Part shown: positions 1-10,069 of the stretch, piece after piece
Layout of the letters: every line of letters starts with the position of its first letter
Position numbering within the stretch: the first letter of the stretch is position 1
IMG/VR virus record: IMGVR_UViG_3300027708_002747
Span: 20,682 to 84,681 of that record
Strand: one strand, 5' to 3'
Length of the DNA stretch: 64,000 nucleotides
Source: a virus
The notes under the pieces: generated by a model
What the model was told of the DNA's origin: nothing
The model's database searches: none
What the model saw: only the letters and a program-made list of their open reading frames with translations
Position numbers and translations under genes: made by a program

Positions 1-15
1 ACTATAATTCAAAAT

Positions 16-717
16 ATGAAAAATTATTTCTTTTCAATATCAATACCAACGTATGAGTTCAAAGGTAAGGGAGTTAAGTATTTAACTAAAAATTTTGAGA
101 TATTTAAAGAACAAACTTTTAATAATTTTGAAATTGTAATATCTGATGATAGTAAAAATGACGATATTAAAAAATTATGTGATGAATGGTCAGATGTTTT
201 AAACATTAAACATGTTTTTAACAAACCTCATAATTATAACTCACATTCCCCTAACATAAACAATGCAATATCACAATGTTCAGGTAAATGGATTAAAATT
301 TTATTTCAAGATGATTTTTTATATGGAACAAAATCTTTAGAGTTACAACATAATTTCATTAATGAAAATGAAAATTTACATTGGTTTTTTACCAAATTTT
401 ATCATTCAGTTGATGGAAACAATCTATACAATTTATATACGCCAAAATGGAACAATTCGGTGTGGTCAGGTAATAATACTTTAGGAGGTCCTAGTGGGTT
501 AACTATTAAAAATAAAAATATTCCATTATTTGATGAAAATTTAATTTGGTTAATGGATTGTGATTTTTATCAAAAATTATTTATACGGTTTGGTGTACCC
601 GGTATTTCAGATTCAATAACTGTTGTAAATAGAACAGGATTTGACCAATTAACATCAACAATTGGTGAAGAAACAAAATTAAAAGATTTAAAAATTGTTA
701 AAGAAAAATATGATTAA
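16..717 (+). CDS. GT2-family glycosyltransferase
   Basis: N-terminal 'SISIPTY', 'EIVISDDS' and 'KILFQDDFL' (DxD-like) motifs of the GT-A fold. Confidence 0.8.
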   Translation: MKNYFFSISIPTYEFKGKGVKYLTKNFEIFKEQTFNNFEIVISDDSKNDDIKKLCDEWSDVLNIKHVFNKPHNYNSHSPNINNAISQCSGKWIKILFQDDFLYGTKSLELQHNFINENENLHWFFTKFYHSVDGNNLYNLYTPKWNNSVWSGNNTLGGPSGLTIKNKNIPLFDENLIWLMDCDFYQKLFIRFGVPGISDSITVVNRTGFDQLTSTIGEETKLKDLKIVKEKYD

Positions 718-1369
718 TTTAGAAAAAATAACATTAGTGGCACTTACAAGTGTAAGAATACCACAAACTATTCAAGCGTTAGAATACAGTTGTAGAGGGA
801 TAAAATTTGGGGATGTTAAACTTGTATCAGATATCAAACCTGATAATTTACCATCCTATATTAAACATGAATATACCCCAAAAAGTTCTAATATTGATGA
901 ATGGAATTATAATATAATTTATAATTTACCAAAACATGTTGAAACTGACTATGCAATTTTAATTCATGATAATGGGTTTATAGTAAATCCTGAGTCTTGG
1001 AATGATGATTTTTTAAATTATGATTATATTGGGGCACCATTTCCTCTTCCTACTGATGATATATCATATAGAGACATTTATGGTAATATTATTAGACAAG
1101 GAAATAGTGTCTCATTACGAAGTAAAAAATTATTGGATGTCGCAAATAATTTAAATTTAGAATGGAAGTCATTTTATGGTTATACAAATGAGGATGGGTT
1201 TATTTGTGCCCACTATAGACATAAGTATATTGAGGAGGGCTGCATATTTGCGCATATTGATGTAGCTAAACACTTTTCCCACGAAAGCATGATACCTGAA
1301 ATACAAGGAATTAAACCATTCATGTTCCACAATTATAACGGAACTAACATGCAATACCCTAAATTTTAA
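710..1369 (+). CDS. DUF5672-like GT-A fold protein
   Basis: 'ILIHDNGFIVNPESWNDDFLNYDYIGAPF', 'GNSVSLRSKKLL' and 'NEDGFIC' motifs; start placed at ATG 710, overlapping the upstream stop. Confidence 0.65.
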   Translation: MINLEKITLVALTSVRIPQTIQALEYSCRGIKFGDVKLVSDIKPDNLPSYIKHEYTPKSSNIDEWNYNIIYNLPKHVETDYAILIHDNGFIVNPESWNDDFLNYDYIGAPFPLPTDDISYRDIYGNIIRQGNSVSLRSKKLLDVANNLNLEWKSFYGYTNEDGFICAHYRHKYIEEGCIFAHIDVAKHFSHESMIPEIQGIKPFMFHNYNGTNMQYPKF

Positions 1370-1373
1370 AAAA

Positions 1374-2141
1374 ATGAAAAAAAAGATTGCATTAGTTACT
1401 TTAGCTCATAAAGATGAATTATATATCCAAGAATGGATTAATTACAATCTTAAATTAGGGTTTGACGACATACATATTTTTCAGAATAATTGGAGGTGGG
1501 AAAACAATACTCTAAACGAAAATGTTTATCTTCATGAATATGACGGATTTTCATATATAAGTAATGAACCATTATGGGATAGAAATATACAGTCTAAATG
1601 TTTTACTCAATTTTGTAGAAATTATTATGAAAAATACGAATGGGTTGCGTTTTTTGACATTGATGAATTTTTAGTATTAAAAAAACATAAGAATATCCAA
1701 GATTTTATAAATGATTATAATAATTGTAATTGTCTAATAATAAATTGGGCAATGTTTGGAGATAATGGATTAAGTACATTTGATAAATCTCACACAAGTC
1801 AACTTAAAAGATTCACTAAGAGAAAAAAAGAATTACACAATCAGTTTAAAAGTATTTGTAAATTAGGTCCATCTGTTGAACAACACGTTCATTGGTGTGG
1901 GGATTCATGGATGGATACTCATTTTAGACAAGGTAATGGTCCATTTAATTACTCTGCAAGTGATGAAATTGCTCAATTAAACCATTATTATATTAGAACT
2001 TATCCTGAATTTTTAATTAAAAGAGAAAGAGGGGGTGTTGATAATGTAAACGTGAAAAAACCAATAGACACGTTTAATGAAAACAATCATAATGAGATTG
2101 AGGATACGTTTGCAAGAGATTTTTTATACTCAGAGGAATAA
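1374..2141 (+). CDS. glycosyltransferase (GT92/GT2_4-like)
   Basis: 'DELYIQEWINYNLKLGFD', 'WVAFFDIDEFL', 'LNHYYIRT'. Confidence 0.8.
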   Translation: MKKKIALVTLAHKDELYIQEWINYNLKLGFDDIHIFQNNWRWENNTLNENVYLHEYDGFSYISNEPLWDRNIQSKCFTQFCRNYYEKYEWVAFFDIDEFLVLKKHKNIQDFINDYNNCNCLIINWAMFGDNGLSTFDKSHTSQLKRFTKRKKELHNQFKSICKLGPSVEQHVHWCGDSWMDTHFRQGNGPFNYSASDEIAQLNHYYIRTYPEFLIKRERGGVDNVNVKKPIDTFNENNHNEIEDTFARDFLYSEE

Positions 2142-2893
2142 TGGAAAAAAAAATATTATATGTTAACTGGGGAGGACTCGGAGACCATTTATCATTTACA
2201 ACATTACCTGAAATTTTTACAAATTTAGGATATGAATTTTACATAAGTGATAAATCATCATTTAGAAGTCAAGAAATTTATGATTTAGTATGGGGGACAA
2301 ATCCACATGTAAAAGGTTTAACTTCAGAAATTCCAAATTGTGGTCACCTTGAAAACTGGGGTGTTTCTGACACAGTTGATTTTAATAAAGAATTTACAAC
2401 TCATAAAAATATTGAATTAATTTATGGGGTAAATAATGAAAGTAAATACGCTAAAATATATTATAACCCAAATAAGATAAATGAAGTTAATGATTTTATA
2501 GTTTTAGATTTAAATAGTGTGTCAGTTAAAGAATATGATAATGATAAAATAAAATTACATTTACTAACATATAAAAATGAGAAATTCTTAGTTATTCTAA
2601 CAAATGACTATCCTAATTTAGTGGTTTCTGATGATTTTTTTTCAGATTTAAATGTTGAGTTTATCACCACTAAAGATATTTTCCATTATGTTGATTTAAT
2701 TTTTTCATGTAAAAAATTTATATGTGTTTGGTCAGGAAGTTCAATTTTATCATCATCAATAAAAAACTATTATAAAAATGATTTGGATATTGAATGTTTT
2801 AAAAAAACAGTTGATGATAAATGTCCTGAAGGGTGGGGAGTAACAAATAAATCATACTACTGGTATGATAACATAAAATATATAATGATTTAA
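2141..2893 (+). CDS. putative glycosyltransferase (GT-B, GT9-like)
   Basis: N-terminal 'GGLGDHL' and C-terminal 'FICVWSGSS' motifs; cluster context. Confidence 0.45.
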   Translation: MEKKILYVNWGGLGDHLSFTTLPEIFTNLGYEFYISDKSSFRSQEIYDLVWGTNPHVKGLTSEIPNCGHLENWGVSDTVDFNKEFTTHKNIELIYGVNNESKYAKIYYNPNKINEVNDFIVLDLNSVSVKEYDNDKIKLHLLTYKNEKFLVILTNDYPNLVVSDDFFSDLNVEFITTKDIFHYVDLIFSCKKFICVWSGSSILSSSIKNYYKNDLDIECFKKTVDDKCPEGWGVTNKSYYWYDNIKYIMI

Positions 2894-2894
2894 A

Positions 2895-3518
2895 ATGATT
2901 GAAAATTACAAACTAACACAAGATGGTGTTATTGAACAAATAATAAAAGAGGAATTTATTTATGACAAATCATATGGTGATAGATATGGTATGTTTAATC
3001 AAACCAGAAATATAGAAAATCTTAGGTTGGGATATATAATTGGTTCTCTTGGTAAAGTACCAAATTCATTAATGGATGTCGGATATGGTAATGGGTATTT
3101 TTTAGATTCATGTAAAAACTTAATTAAAAATTTGTATGGTAACGACATTGAGCCCGCTTATCCATTAAATGAAGGTATTGAGTTTGTCCCAAATATTTTA
3201 GAAAAAGAAGTTGAGGTTATTACATTTTTTGATTGTTTAGAACATTTTCATGATATTGAATTTGTTAAAAATTTAAAATGTAAATATATTGTTATTAGTC
3301 TTCCTTGGTGCCATAATGGGTTAGATGATGAATGGTTTACTAATTGGAAACATAGAAAACCTAACGAACATATTTTTCACTTTGATGAAAAATCTCTTGA
3401 AACGTTTATGAAACGTCAAGGTTATATTATGTTAAATTATTGTAACTTAGAAGATAATATTAGAGTTGATAAAAATCTAACTCCTAACATTTTAACCGCA
3501 ATTTTTAAAAAAATATAA
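2895..3518 (+). CDS. class I SAM-dependent methyltransferase
   Basis: 'MDVGYGNGYF' motif I, 'FFDCLEHF', 'HRKPNEHIFHF'. Confidence 0.8.
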   Translation: MIENYKLTQDGVIEQIIKEEFIYDKSYGDRYGMFNQTRNIENLRLGYIIGSLGKVPNSLMDVGYGNGYFLDSCKNLIKNLYGNDIEPAYPLNEGIEFVPNILEKEVEVITFFDCLEHFHDIEFVKNLKCKYIVISLPWCHNGLDDEWFTNWKHRKPNEHIFHFDEKSLETFMKRQGYIMLNYCNLEDNIRVDKNLTPNILTAIFKKI

Positions 3519-3520
3519 TA

Positions 3521-4408
3521 ATGTATTTAAATTTATTTGGTTCAAGTGACAGATTAGGAGGTAATATTGGAGATATTGTTTCTCAAATATTATACTCAAT
3601 TAAAAATAATCTTTATATATTCTATAATAGAACTCATTTACGAGTATATAATTCATATAATCAATCGTACAATAATACAATTTTTTTAAAAACATTATTC
3701 GATATTGTTGATTTACATAATAGTAAATTTATTTCAGAAGATTTTACTCAAGAAGTTGATTTAGCGGCGCCGACTCATTATACAGTTTGGTCTAAAACAT
3801 TATTAAATTTAGAAACTGATTTTTTTACTTATTTTAAACAAAATGTTTATTCCGATAAATTTAGAGAAAAATTTATGGAATATGGTAAATCAATGAATTA
3901 TGATATTCCATTTGACCCTAAAAAAACAATTTTAGTTCATCTTAGACTTGAGGATGTTAAAGGTAGACCTGATTATGATGGTTCATTTTGTGCAAATCAT
4001 TTTAAAAATCATATTGAGAATGGATTTATCCCTGATGTTGGTTTTGATACTGAATTTAGAAGCAAATATCCTGACCACAATAGTCAATCACCATTACCAC
4101 CTGAAAGAATTAAAAAAATAATAGATGACGTTTTAAAATATAAACCAAATCATGAAGTCATTATTGTAACAAATCCTGGAGAATATGTGGATGAGTTACC
4201 TTATAGATACATTTCAAATGATGACCCATGTTATGATTTATTTTTATTATGTAATTCTGAAACTTTAATATTATCAAGAAGTAATTTTGCGTTAAGTTCA
4301 TTATTTTTTGGTATAGCCAACAATGTATATCTTCCATTATGGGGACAAATGACTTGTTTTGGACTTTATACAAAATACGATAAAACAAATTTTAAATATT
4401 TTATATAA
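3521..4408 (+). CDS. putative fucosyltransferase-like (GT11/GT23-like) protein
   Basis: 'DRLGGN', 'VHLRLEDV' (HxRxxD) and 'DLFLLCNSETLILSRSNF'. Confidence 0.55.
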   Translation: MYLNLFGSSDRLGGNIGDIVSQILYSIKNNLYIFYNRTHLRVYNSYNQSYNNTIFLKTLFDIVDLHNSKFISEDFTQEVDLAAPTHYTVWSKTLLNLETDFFTYFKQNVYSDKFREKFMEYGKSMNYDIPFDPKKTILVHLRLEDVKGRPDYDGSFCANHFKNHIENGFIPDVGFDTEFRSKYPDHNSQSPLPPERIKKIIDDVLKYKPNHEVIIVTNPGEYVDELPYRYISNDDPCYDLFLLCNSETLILSRSNFALSSLFFGIANNVYLPLWGQMTCFGLYTKYDKTNFKYFI

Positions 4409-4409
4409 T

Positions 4410-5117
4410 ATGAGTGACAAAATTATAACATCAGGCGCGTTTTTAGTAGTGACTGACTTTGGGTTTTTACCTGAAGATTTAAGTCAATCTTGGGTTGAGG
4501 AATATACCAATAATTATTTGATTTATGACAGGGCACATAGATTTGAAGAATCAGATAAAATTAAACATCAAGTAAATGTTGGTGCTAACATATATGATAT
4601 ATTTGATTTTATTGTTACAAACTATGAAAATTTACCTGAAATAATTATTTTTTGCAAAGGTAATGTAATTCCAAGACATTGTGGATTTGAAAAATTTAAA
4701 AACATTATTAATAATACTGAATTTACAACAATTGAAAATTACATTAGGGACCACCCTAGACATAGTCCTGGAATATATTCATTTGTTGATGAAACGGATG
4801 CTTACCATGAGAATCCTAATGAGGTTAATTATACAGTTTCAAGAATACATAATTCTAAATATATTTTTAGTTATCCTGAAATGATACATAGTATATTTGA
4901 AAACCCAACGTTTGGTGAATACATTAGATTTGCCCCTGGAGGAAACCATATTATACCAAAAAAAGACATTTTAAGATATAATAAACATTTTTATGAAACC
5001 ATGAGAAATTATGTTTCTTGGCATGTTCAACCTGGTGAGGCGTATATTATAGAAAGAGCGATGTTTACTTTATTTAGTAATAATTTTACAATTAAAGAAG
5101 AATATAGAAATATTTAA
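4410..5117 (+). CDS. DUF3431-like protein
   Basis: 'NVG...FIVTNYENLPEIIIFCKG', 'FAPGGNHII', 'AYIIERAM'. Confidence 0.6.
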   Translation: MSDKIITSGAFLVVTDFGFLPEDLSQSWVEEYTNNYLIYDRAHRFEESDKIKHQVNVGANIYDIFDFIVTNYENLPEIIIFCKGNVIPRHCGFEKFKNIINNTEFTTIENYIRDHPRHSPGIYSFVDETDAYHENPNEVNYTVSRIHNSKYIFSYPEMIHSIFENPTFGEYIRFAPGGNHIIPKKDILRYNKHFYETMRNYVSWHVQPGEAYIIERAMFTLFSNNFTIKEEYRNI

Positions 5118-5118
5118 A

Positions 5119-6030
5119 ATGATAACTACAAATTTAACAGGTAATTTTGGAAACCATATGTGGCAGTACTCTGTATGTAGAGCAGTTGCCGAAAAGTTAG
5201 GGTATGAATGGGGAATTAATCCAGTACCAAGTTACGACTATCATAATGGAATGAATCAAATGTATTTTATGGATGTGGATTTTGGTAAAGAAGTTATTGG
5301 TAATTTCACCAACTTTCATGAAAAATGGATTACTTACCAACACCACGACAATGTTAATATAACAATGTTTGACCCAAAGGTATATGAAATTACTGATAAC
5401 ACAAAATTAATTGGTGATAACGGAGCGTTGGGTGGGATTTATCAGTGTGAGGATTATTTAATAGATAGAAAAAAAGATATATTGAATTGGTTTAAAATTA
5501 AAGAAGAATATGTACATAAATTTGAAAATAAATTAAAGGAGTTGTCCATATTTCTTGACGATAATCTATGTGTTTTAAATTTTAGAGGTGGAGAATATCA
5601 AAACATCCCAAATGTAATATTAAGAAGAGAGTATTGGAAAGATTCTATAAATAATATGTTATTGATTAATCCAAATATGAAATTTTTAGTGGTTACTGAC
5701 GACCCAAATTGTTCAAGAATGTATATGCCATTTGATATCCCAACAATACATGATGAAATTGGTTTTGATTTTTATTTAATTTATAAAGCAAAATGGTTAA
5801 TTATTTCAAATTCAACATTTGGGTGGTGGCCGGCTTGGTTAAATCAAAATGTAAATAAAGTTATAGCCCCAAAGTATTGGTCAAGACATAATGTTAGTGA
5901 TGGATATTGGGCAACTGGTGATGTTTATACACGAGGATTTACATATATGGATAGAGATGGGTTATTATTTGATTATGAAACTTGTAAATCACAAGCATTA
6001 GAATACTATAAATTAAAAAAAATAATATAA
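5119..6030 (+). CDS. alpha-1,2-fucosyltransferase-like (GT11)
   Basis: 'GNFGNHMWQY', 'NFRGGEY', 'IISNSTFGWWPAWL', 'IAPKYW'. Confidence 0.8.
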   Translation: MITTNLTGNFGNHMWQYSVCRAVAEKLGYEWGINPVPSYDYHNGMNQMYFMDVDFGKEVIGNFTNFHEKWITYQHHDNVNITMFDPKVYEITDNTKLIGDNGALGGIYQCEDYLIDRKKDILNWFKIKEEYVHKFENKLKELSIFLDDNLCVLNFRGGEYQNIPNVILRREYWKDSINNMLLINPNMKFLVVTDDPNCSRMYMPFDIPTIHDEIGFDFYLIYKAKWLIISNSTFGWWPAWLNQNVNKVIAPKYWSRHNVSDGYWATGDVYTRGFTYMDRDGLLFDYETCKSQALEYYKLKKII

Positions 6031-6896
6031 TGAAAAAAATATACGATTGTGTTTTGTTTTTTAATGAATTAGAAACATTAGAATTAAGACTAGAAATACT
6101 TAATGATATTGTAGATAAATTTGTAATAGTTGAATCTACAGTTACTTTTTCAGGTAAAGAAAAAAAATTATTCTTTAATGAAAATAAAGAAAAATTTAAG
6201 AAATTTGAAGATAAAATAATTCATGTGATTATTAATGATACTCCTGAAAATTTTGTTAATTTACCATATGTATTAAATCCAATAAATGACGTTGACAATA
6301 TTAAAAATAGAATTTTAAAATATGTTGAATTGTCTGAAGGGTGGGGAAGACATGAAAAACAATGGGGTAGAGAAACATATCAAAGAGAAGGAATATTTTA
6401 TGGTATTAATAAATGTTCTGATGACGATATTATTTTAATTTCTGATTTGGACGAAATACCAAATCCGGTAGAAGTTGAAAATCTAAAAAATAATATAAGT
6501 AATGAAATTTTTAATTTTAAACAAACAACATATTATTACTATTTTAATTTATTAAAAGAATATAATTGGAGTGGTACTAAATGTTTATTATATGGTAATT
6601 TAAAAAATAAATCAATTAATTTGATTAGACAAAATAAACATACAACAAATCATATTGAAAATGGTGGTTGGCATTTTAGTTTTATGGGTGGGGTTGAAAG
6701 AGTTAAAACAAAAATTGATGCTTATTCACACCAAGAATTTAATAACCCACATATAATTTCAAGTATTGAAAATAATATTAATGGTGAAAATGACCCATTT
6801 TTTAGGGGTAAACTTTCAAAAGTAGAAATTGATTCAACTTACCCAAAATATATTTTAGATAATTTAAATAAATATTCATACATGATTAAACAATAA
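6030..6896 (+). CDS. GT17 (MGAT3-like) N-acetylglucosaminyltransferase
   Basis: 'IYDCVLFFNELETLELRL', 'ISDLDEIP', 'GGWHFSF', 'YSHQE'. Confidence 0.85.
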   Translation: MKKIYDCVLFFNELETLELRLEILNDIVDKFVIVESTVTFSGKEKKLFFNENKEKFKKFEDKIIHVIINDTPENFVNLPYVLNPINDVDNIKNRILKYVELSEGWGRHEKQWGRETYQREGIFYGINKCSDDDIILISDLDEIPNPVEVENLKNNISNEIFNFKQTTYYYYFNLLKEYNWSGTKCLLYGNLKNKSINLIRQNKHTTNHIENGGWHFSFMGGVERVKTKIDAYSHQEFNNPHIISSIENNINGENDPFFRGKLSKVEIDSTYPKYILDNLNKYSYMIKQ

Positions 6897-6909
6897 AAAT
6901 ATTAATATT

Positions 6910-7503
6910 ATGACAAGAACAGAAATAATTAATGGTCTAATTGAGAAAAATAACTATAAATCATATTTAGAAATTGGCGTTAACACTCCAGAACAACCTG
7001 GATATAATTGGGTTGGTGTTAAAATACCTATTAAACATGGTGTTGACCCTAATGTTGATACAACATATAAAATGACTTCAGACGAGTTTTTTGATAATTA
7101 TATATCACAAAAATATGATATTATTTTTGTTGATGGTTTACATTTACACGAACAAGTTTATAGAGATATTGTCAATTCATTAAACAATCTTAACGAAAAT
7201 GGTGTAATTGTCGTTCATGATTGTAATCCAATTACAGAAATAACACAACGACGAGAACGAGCCAGTGACGCTTGGCATGGTGATGTATGGAAAGCCATTG
7301 TTCAGTTAAGGATAAAAAATCCAAATATAGAAATTAATACGGTTAATACTGATGAAGGTTGTGGTATCATCAAAAAAGGTAAACAAAAACTTTTGAGTGT
7401 TAGTGAAAATGAAAATTATTATGATTACGGTTTTTTAGAAAAAAATAGAGAAACCGCAATTAATTTGATTTCAATAGAAACATTTAAAGAAAAATATTTA
7501 TAA
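6910..7503 (+). CDS. SAM-dependent methyltransferase (Methyltransf_24-like)
   Basis: 'SYLEIGV', 'DIIFVDGLH', 'VVHDCNP', 'WHGDVWKA'. Confidence 0.8.
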   Translation: MTRTEIINGLIEKNNYKSYLEIGVNTPEQPGYNWVGVKIPIKHGVDPNVDTTYKMTSDEFFDNYISQKYDIIFVDGLHLHEQVYRDIVNSLNNLNENGVIVVHDCNPITEITQRRERASDAWHGDVWKAIVQLRIKNPNIEINTVNTDEGCGIIKKGKQKLLSVSENENYYDYGFLEKNRETAINLISIETFKEKYL

Positions 7504-7508
7504 TAAAT

Positions 7509-8483
7509 ATGAAAAAATCATTAATTACGGGAATTAATGGACAAGATGGGTCTTATTTATCAGAGTTTTTATTAGAAAAAGGATATGAAGTTCATGGGAC
7601 ATTAAAAAGAAACTCTGTTGCTGAAAATCAAACTGCAAGGTTAAATGAAGTTTATGATAAAATTAAATTACATTATGCGGATTTAACTGATATTTCATCA
7701 TTAATTTCAGTTATTCAAAAAACACAACCTGATGAAATTTATAATTTAGCTGCACAATCACATGTTAGAATTTCATTTGACCAACCAATTTACACATCTA
7801 ACGTCACAGGATTGGGAACTTTAAATCTTCTTGAAGCGGTTAAATTAATTAAACCTGATACAAAAATTTACCAAGCGTCATCATCTGAAATGTTTGGTAA
7901 TTCAATTGATTCTGACGGATACCAAAGAGAAACAACACCGATGAATCCCGTGTCACCATATGGGTGTGCTAAAGTATTCAGTTATAACATTTGTCGTAAC
8001 TACAGAAACTCATATGGTATGTTCATATCGAATGGTATTTTATTCAACCATGAATCTCCAAGAAGAGGAACAAACTTTGTAACTAACAAAGTGTGTAAAG
8101 AAGCGGTTAAGATTAAATTAGGGATGTCTAATGGACTCAAATTGGGTAATCTTGATGCCACACGGGATTGGGGACATGCTAAGGATTATGTTAAAGCAAT
8201 GTGGGAAATTCTACAATTAGAAAATCCTGATGATTTTGTTTGTTCAACGGGTATATCACATTCAGTTAGAGAACTATGTGATTATGTATTTTCATCATTA
8301 GGGTTAGATTATAAAGAATATGTAAATCAAGACGAAAAATTTTTAAGACCTGAAGAATTACACGATTTAAAAGGTGACTCATCTAAATTAATTAATACAA
8401 CAGGATGGTCTCATGATTACACATTTGAGACGATGTTAGATGAAATGATTGACTACTGGTTGGATTATTATACAATTAAATAA
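7509..8483 (+). CDS. gmd: GDP-mannose 4,6-dehydratase
   Basis: 'LITGINGQDGSYL', 'YNLAAQSHV', 'YQASSSEMFG', 'SPYGCAK', 'LFNHESPRRG', 'RDWGHAKDY'. Confidence 0.95.
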   Translation: MKKSLITGINGQDGSYLSEFLLEKGYEVHGTLKRNSVAENQTARLNEVYDKIKLHYADLTDISSLISVIQKTQPDEIYNLAAQSHVRISFDQPIYTSNVTGLGTLNLLEAVKLIKPDTKIYQASSSEMFGNSIDSDGYQRETTPMNPVSPYGCAKVFSYNICRNYRNSYGMFISNGILFNHESPRRGTNFVTNKVCKEAVKIKLGMSNGLKLGNLDATRDWGHAKDYVKAMWEILQLENPDDFVCSTGISHSVRELCDYVFSSLGLDYKEYVNQDEKFLRPEELHDLKGDSSKLINTTGWSHDYTFETMLDEMIDYWLDYYTIK

Positions 8484-9223
8484 TGACAAGAAGAAAAACA
8501 ATTAGCAAAGACACTCAGTATATTCCTACTGACGCTAAACCAAAAATGTCTAAGAAAGACCAAATTAGTGGTATGATTAAAAAGAGTAAGGATAAATTCT
8601 TAACTCAAAGTCAAAGAGAGTATTACGATAAATTAATTAGAAATCAAATTACAATTTGTTCAGGTCCAGCCGGTGTCGGTAAAAGTTTTATAGCTATGAA
8701 AGCGGCAGTTGATTTAATCGCGGACCACACATCACCTTATGAAAAAATTATTATAGTTAGACCCGCAGTTGAAGCTGAGGAAAAACTTGGTTCGTTACCT
8801 GGTAACGTTGAGGAAAAATTGGACCCATATATTTTTCCATCTTACTACCTGTTAAATAAAATTATAGGTAAAGAAGCGAGAGAAAAATTAAAACAAATGG
8901 AGGTTATTGAAGTTTTTGCTTTAGCGTATATGAGAGGGATGAATATTGATAATTCTATTTTAATATTTGAAGAAGCTCAAAACGCAACTCCAAAACAAAT
9001 GAAGTTATTATTAACTCGTATTGGAACAGATAGTAAATTTTTTATATCAGGAGATTTAGAACAAACTGACAGATATAAAGATAAAAAACATTCAGGGTTG
9101 TGGGACGCTATTGAAAAATTTAAAAATATTTCTGAAATTGGTGTTCATGAATTTGGTGATGAGGATGTTGTTAGAAACCCATTAATTACTGAAATCTTAA
9201 AAAGATATGAAGATAGGAATTGA
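8483..9223 (+). CDS. phoH: PhoH-family ATPase
   Basis: 'GPAGVGKS' Walker A, 'RPAVEA', 'LGSLPG', 'AYMRG', 'EEAQN', 'GDLEQTD', 'VVRNPL'. Confidence 0.95.
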   Translation: MTRRKTISKDTQYIPTDAKPKMSKKDQISGMIKKSKDKFLTQSQREYYDKLIRNQITICSGPAGVGKSFIAMKAAVDLIADHTSPYEKIIIVRPAVEAEEKLGSLPGNVEEKLDPYIFPSYYLLNKIIGKEAREKLKQMEVIEVFALAYMRGMNIDNSILIFEEAQNATPKQMKLLLTRIGTDSKFFISGDLEQTDRYKDKKHSGLWDAIEKFKNISEIGVHEFGDEDVVRNPLITEILKRYEDRN

Positions 9224-9800
9224 GATTAATGGTGTTTTAAGGGATACTATTGGTAAGTTTAAAACCACATATGAAAAATTTTTAATAGATAATAACTTAG
9301 AAAATTCTGAATCTGAGAATCCGTTTGAATATAAAATTAGTGAACCAATTGATTCATTAGATTTAACAAATCACTTTTCATTTCAATCAAAAGAAGAATT
9401 TTTTAGTTTTTTATATGAGGAGTTTCCTATGGAAATTTTTGGTCATTCTCCATCAACTGAGTTATCATCACTTAATGATTTAAATGATTTGTATATTAAT
9501 CTAAGAGATAAAGTTGATTTTATTATTATATCAGATGAAATATCAAAATCAAAACCAGCTACTTTATTTTTCTTATCCAAATTTGGTTGTCTTATTGAAA
9601 AAATATTTTTTTATAATGATATAACAAAAAATAAACTATTAGATGAATTAGATTTAATAGTTACTTCTAACCCTGATATTATTATTAATTACAAAGATAA
9701 AGTTGTTAAATATGAGACAACTTATAATAATAAACTTAATTCAAAAGTTTCAATAACAAAACTAAAAGAATTAGAACCAATAATTACTGAAAAACTATAA
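9207..9800 (+). CDS. HAD/5'(3')-deoxyribonucleotidase-like protein with a degenerate motif I
   Basis: 'KIGIEINGVLRD' resembles 'IGIDIDGVL.D'. Confidence 0.5.
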   Translation: MKIGIEINGVLRDTIGKFKTTYEKFLIDNNLENSESENPFEYKISEPIDSLDLTNHFSFQSKEEFFSFLYEEFPMEIFGHSPSTELSSLNDLNDLYINLRDKVDFIIISDEISKSKPATLFFLSKFGCLIEKIFFYNDITKNKLLDELDLIVTSNPDIIINYKDKVVKYETTYNNKLNSKVSITKLKELEPIITEKL

Positions 9801-10066
9801 TGTTACCCATTTTAAATGAAAATTATTATATTGATTTAGAAGAAATTAATTCTTTAATCAATATTGAGCCGACTGAACCAATATCAGGTGAAACAGGTCA
9901 ACATATTAGTGTTGTTCAGTACGAACTCATTAAAATAATGATAGAAGTCATTATGAGTGAACAAGAAGAAGTTGATGAAAAATTGGGCGCAAAATCTCAA
10001 TTATCAATCCCATTCAAATTGGCATTTAATACACTATTAAATAATAAAACTATAAAAAAATACTAA
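9800..10066 (+). CDS. hypothetical protein
   Basis: Translationally coupled 88-aa ORF. Confidence 0.6.
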   Translation: MLPILNENYYIDLEEINSLINIEPTEPISGETGQHISVVQYELIKIMIEVIMSEQEEVDEKLGAKSQLSIPFKLAFNTLLNNKTIKKY

Positions 10067-10069
10067 AAT

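Noticed and set aside
16-8483. Bacterial O-antigen/capsule locus, i.e. host chromosome or a chimeric contig
   Set aside because: The cluster continues without a break into phoH, the gp55-like sigma and baseplate genes with the same composition; there is no wzx/wzy/ABC exporter.
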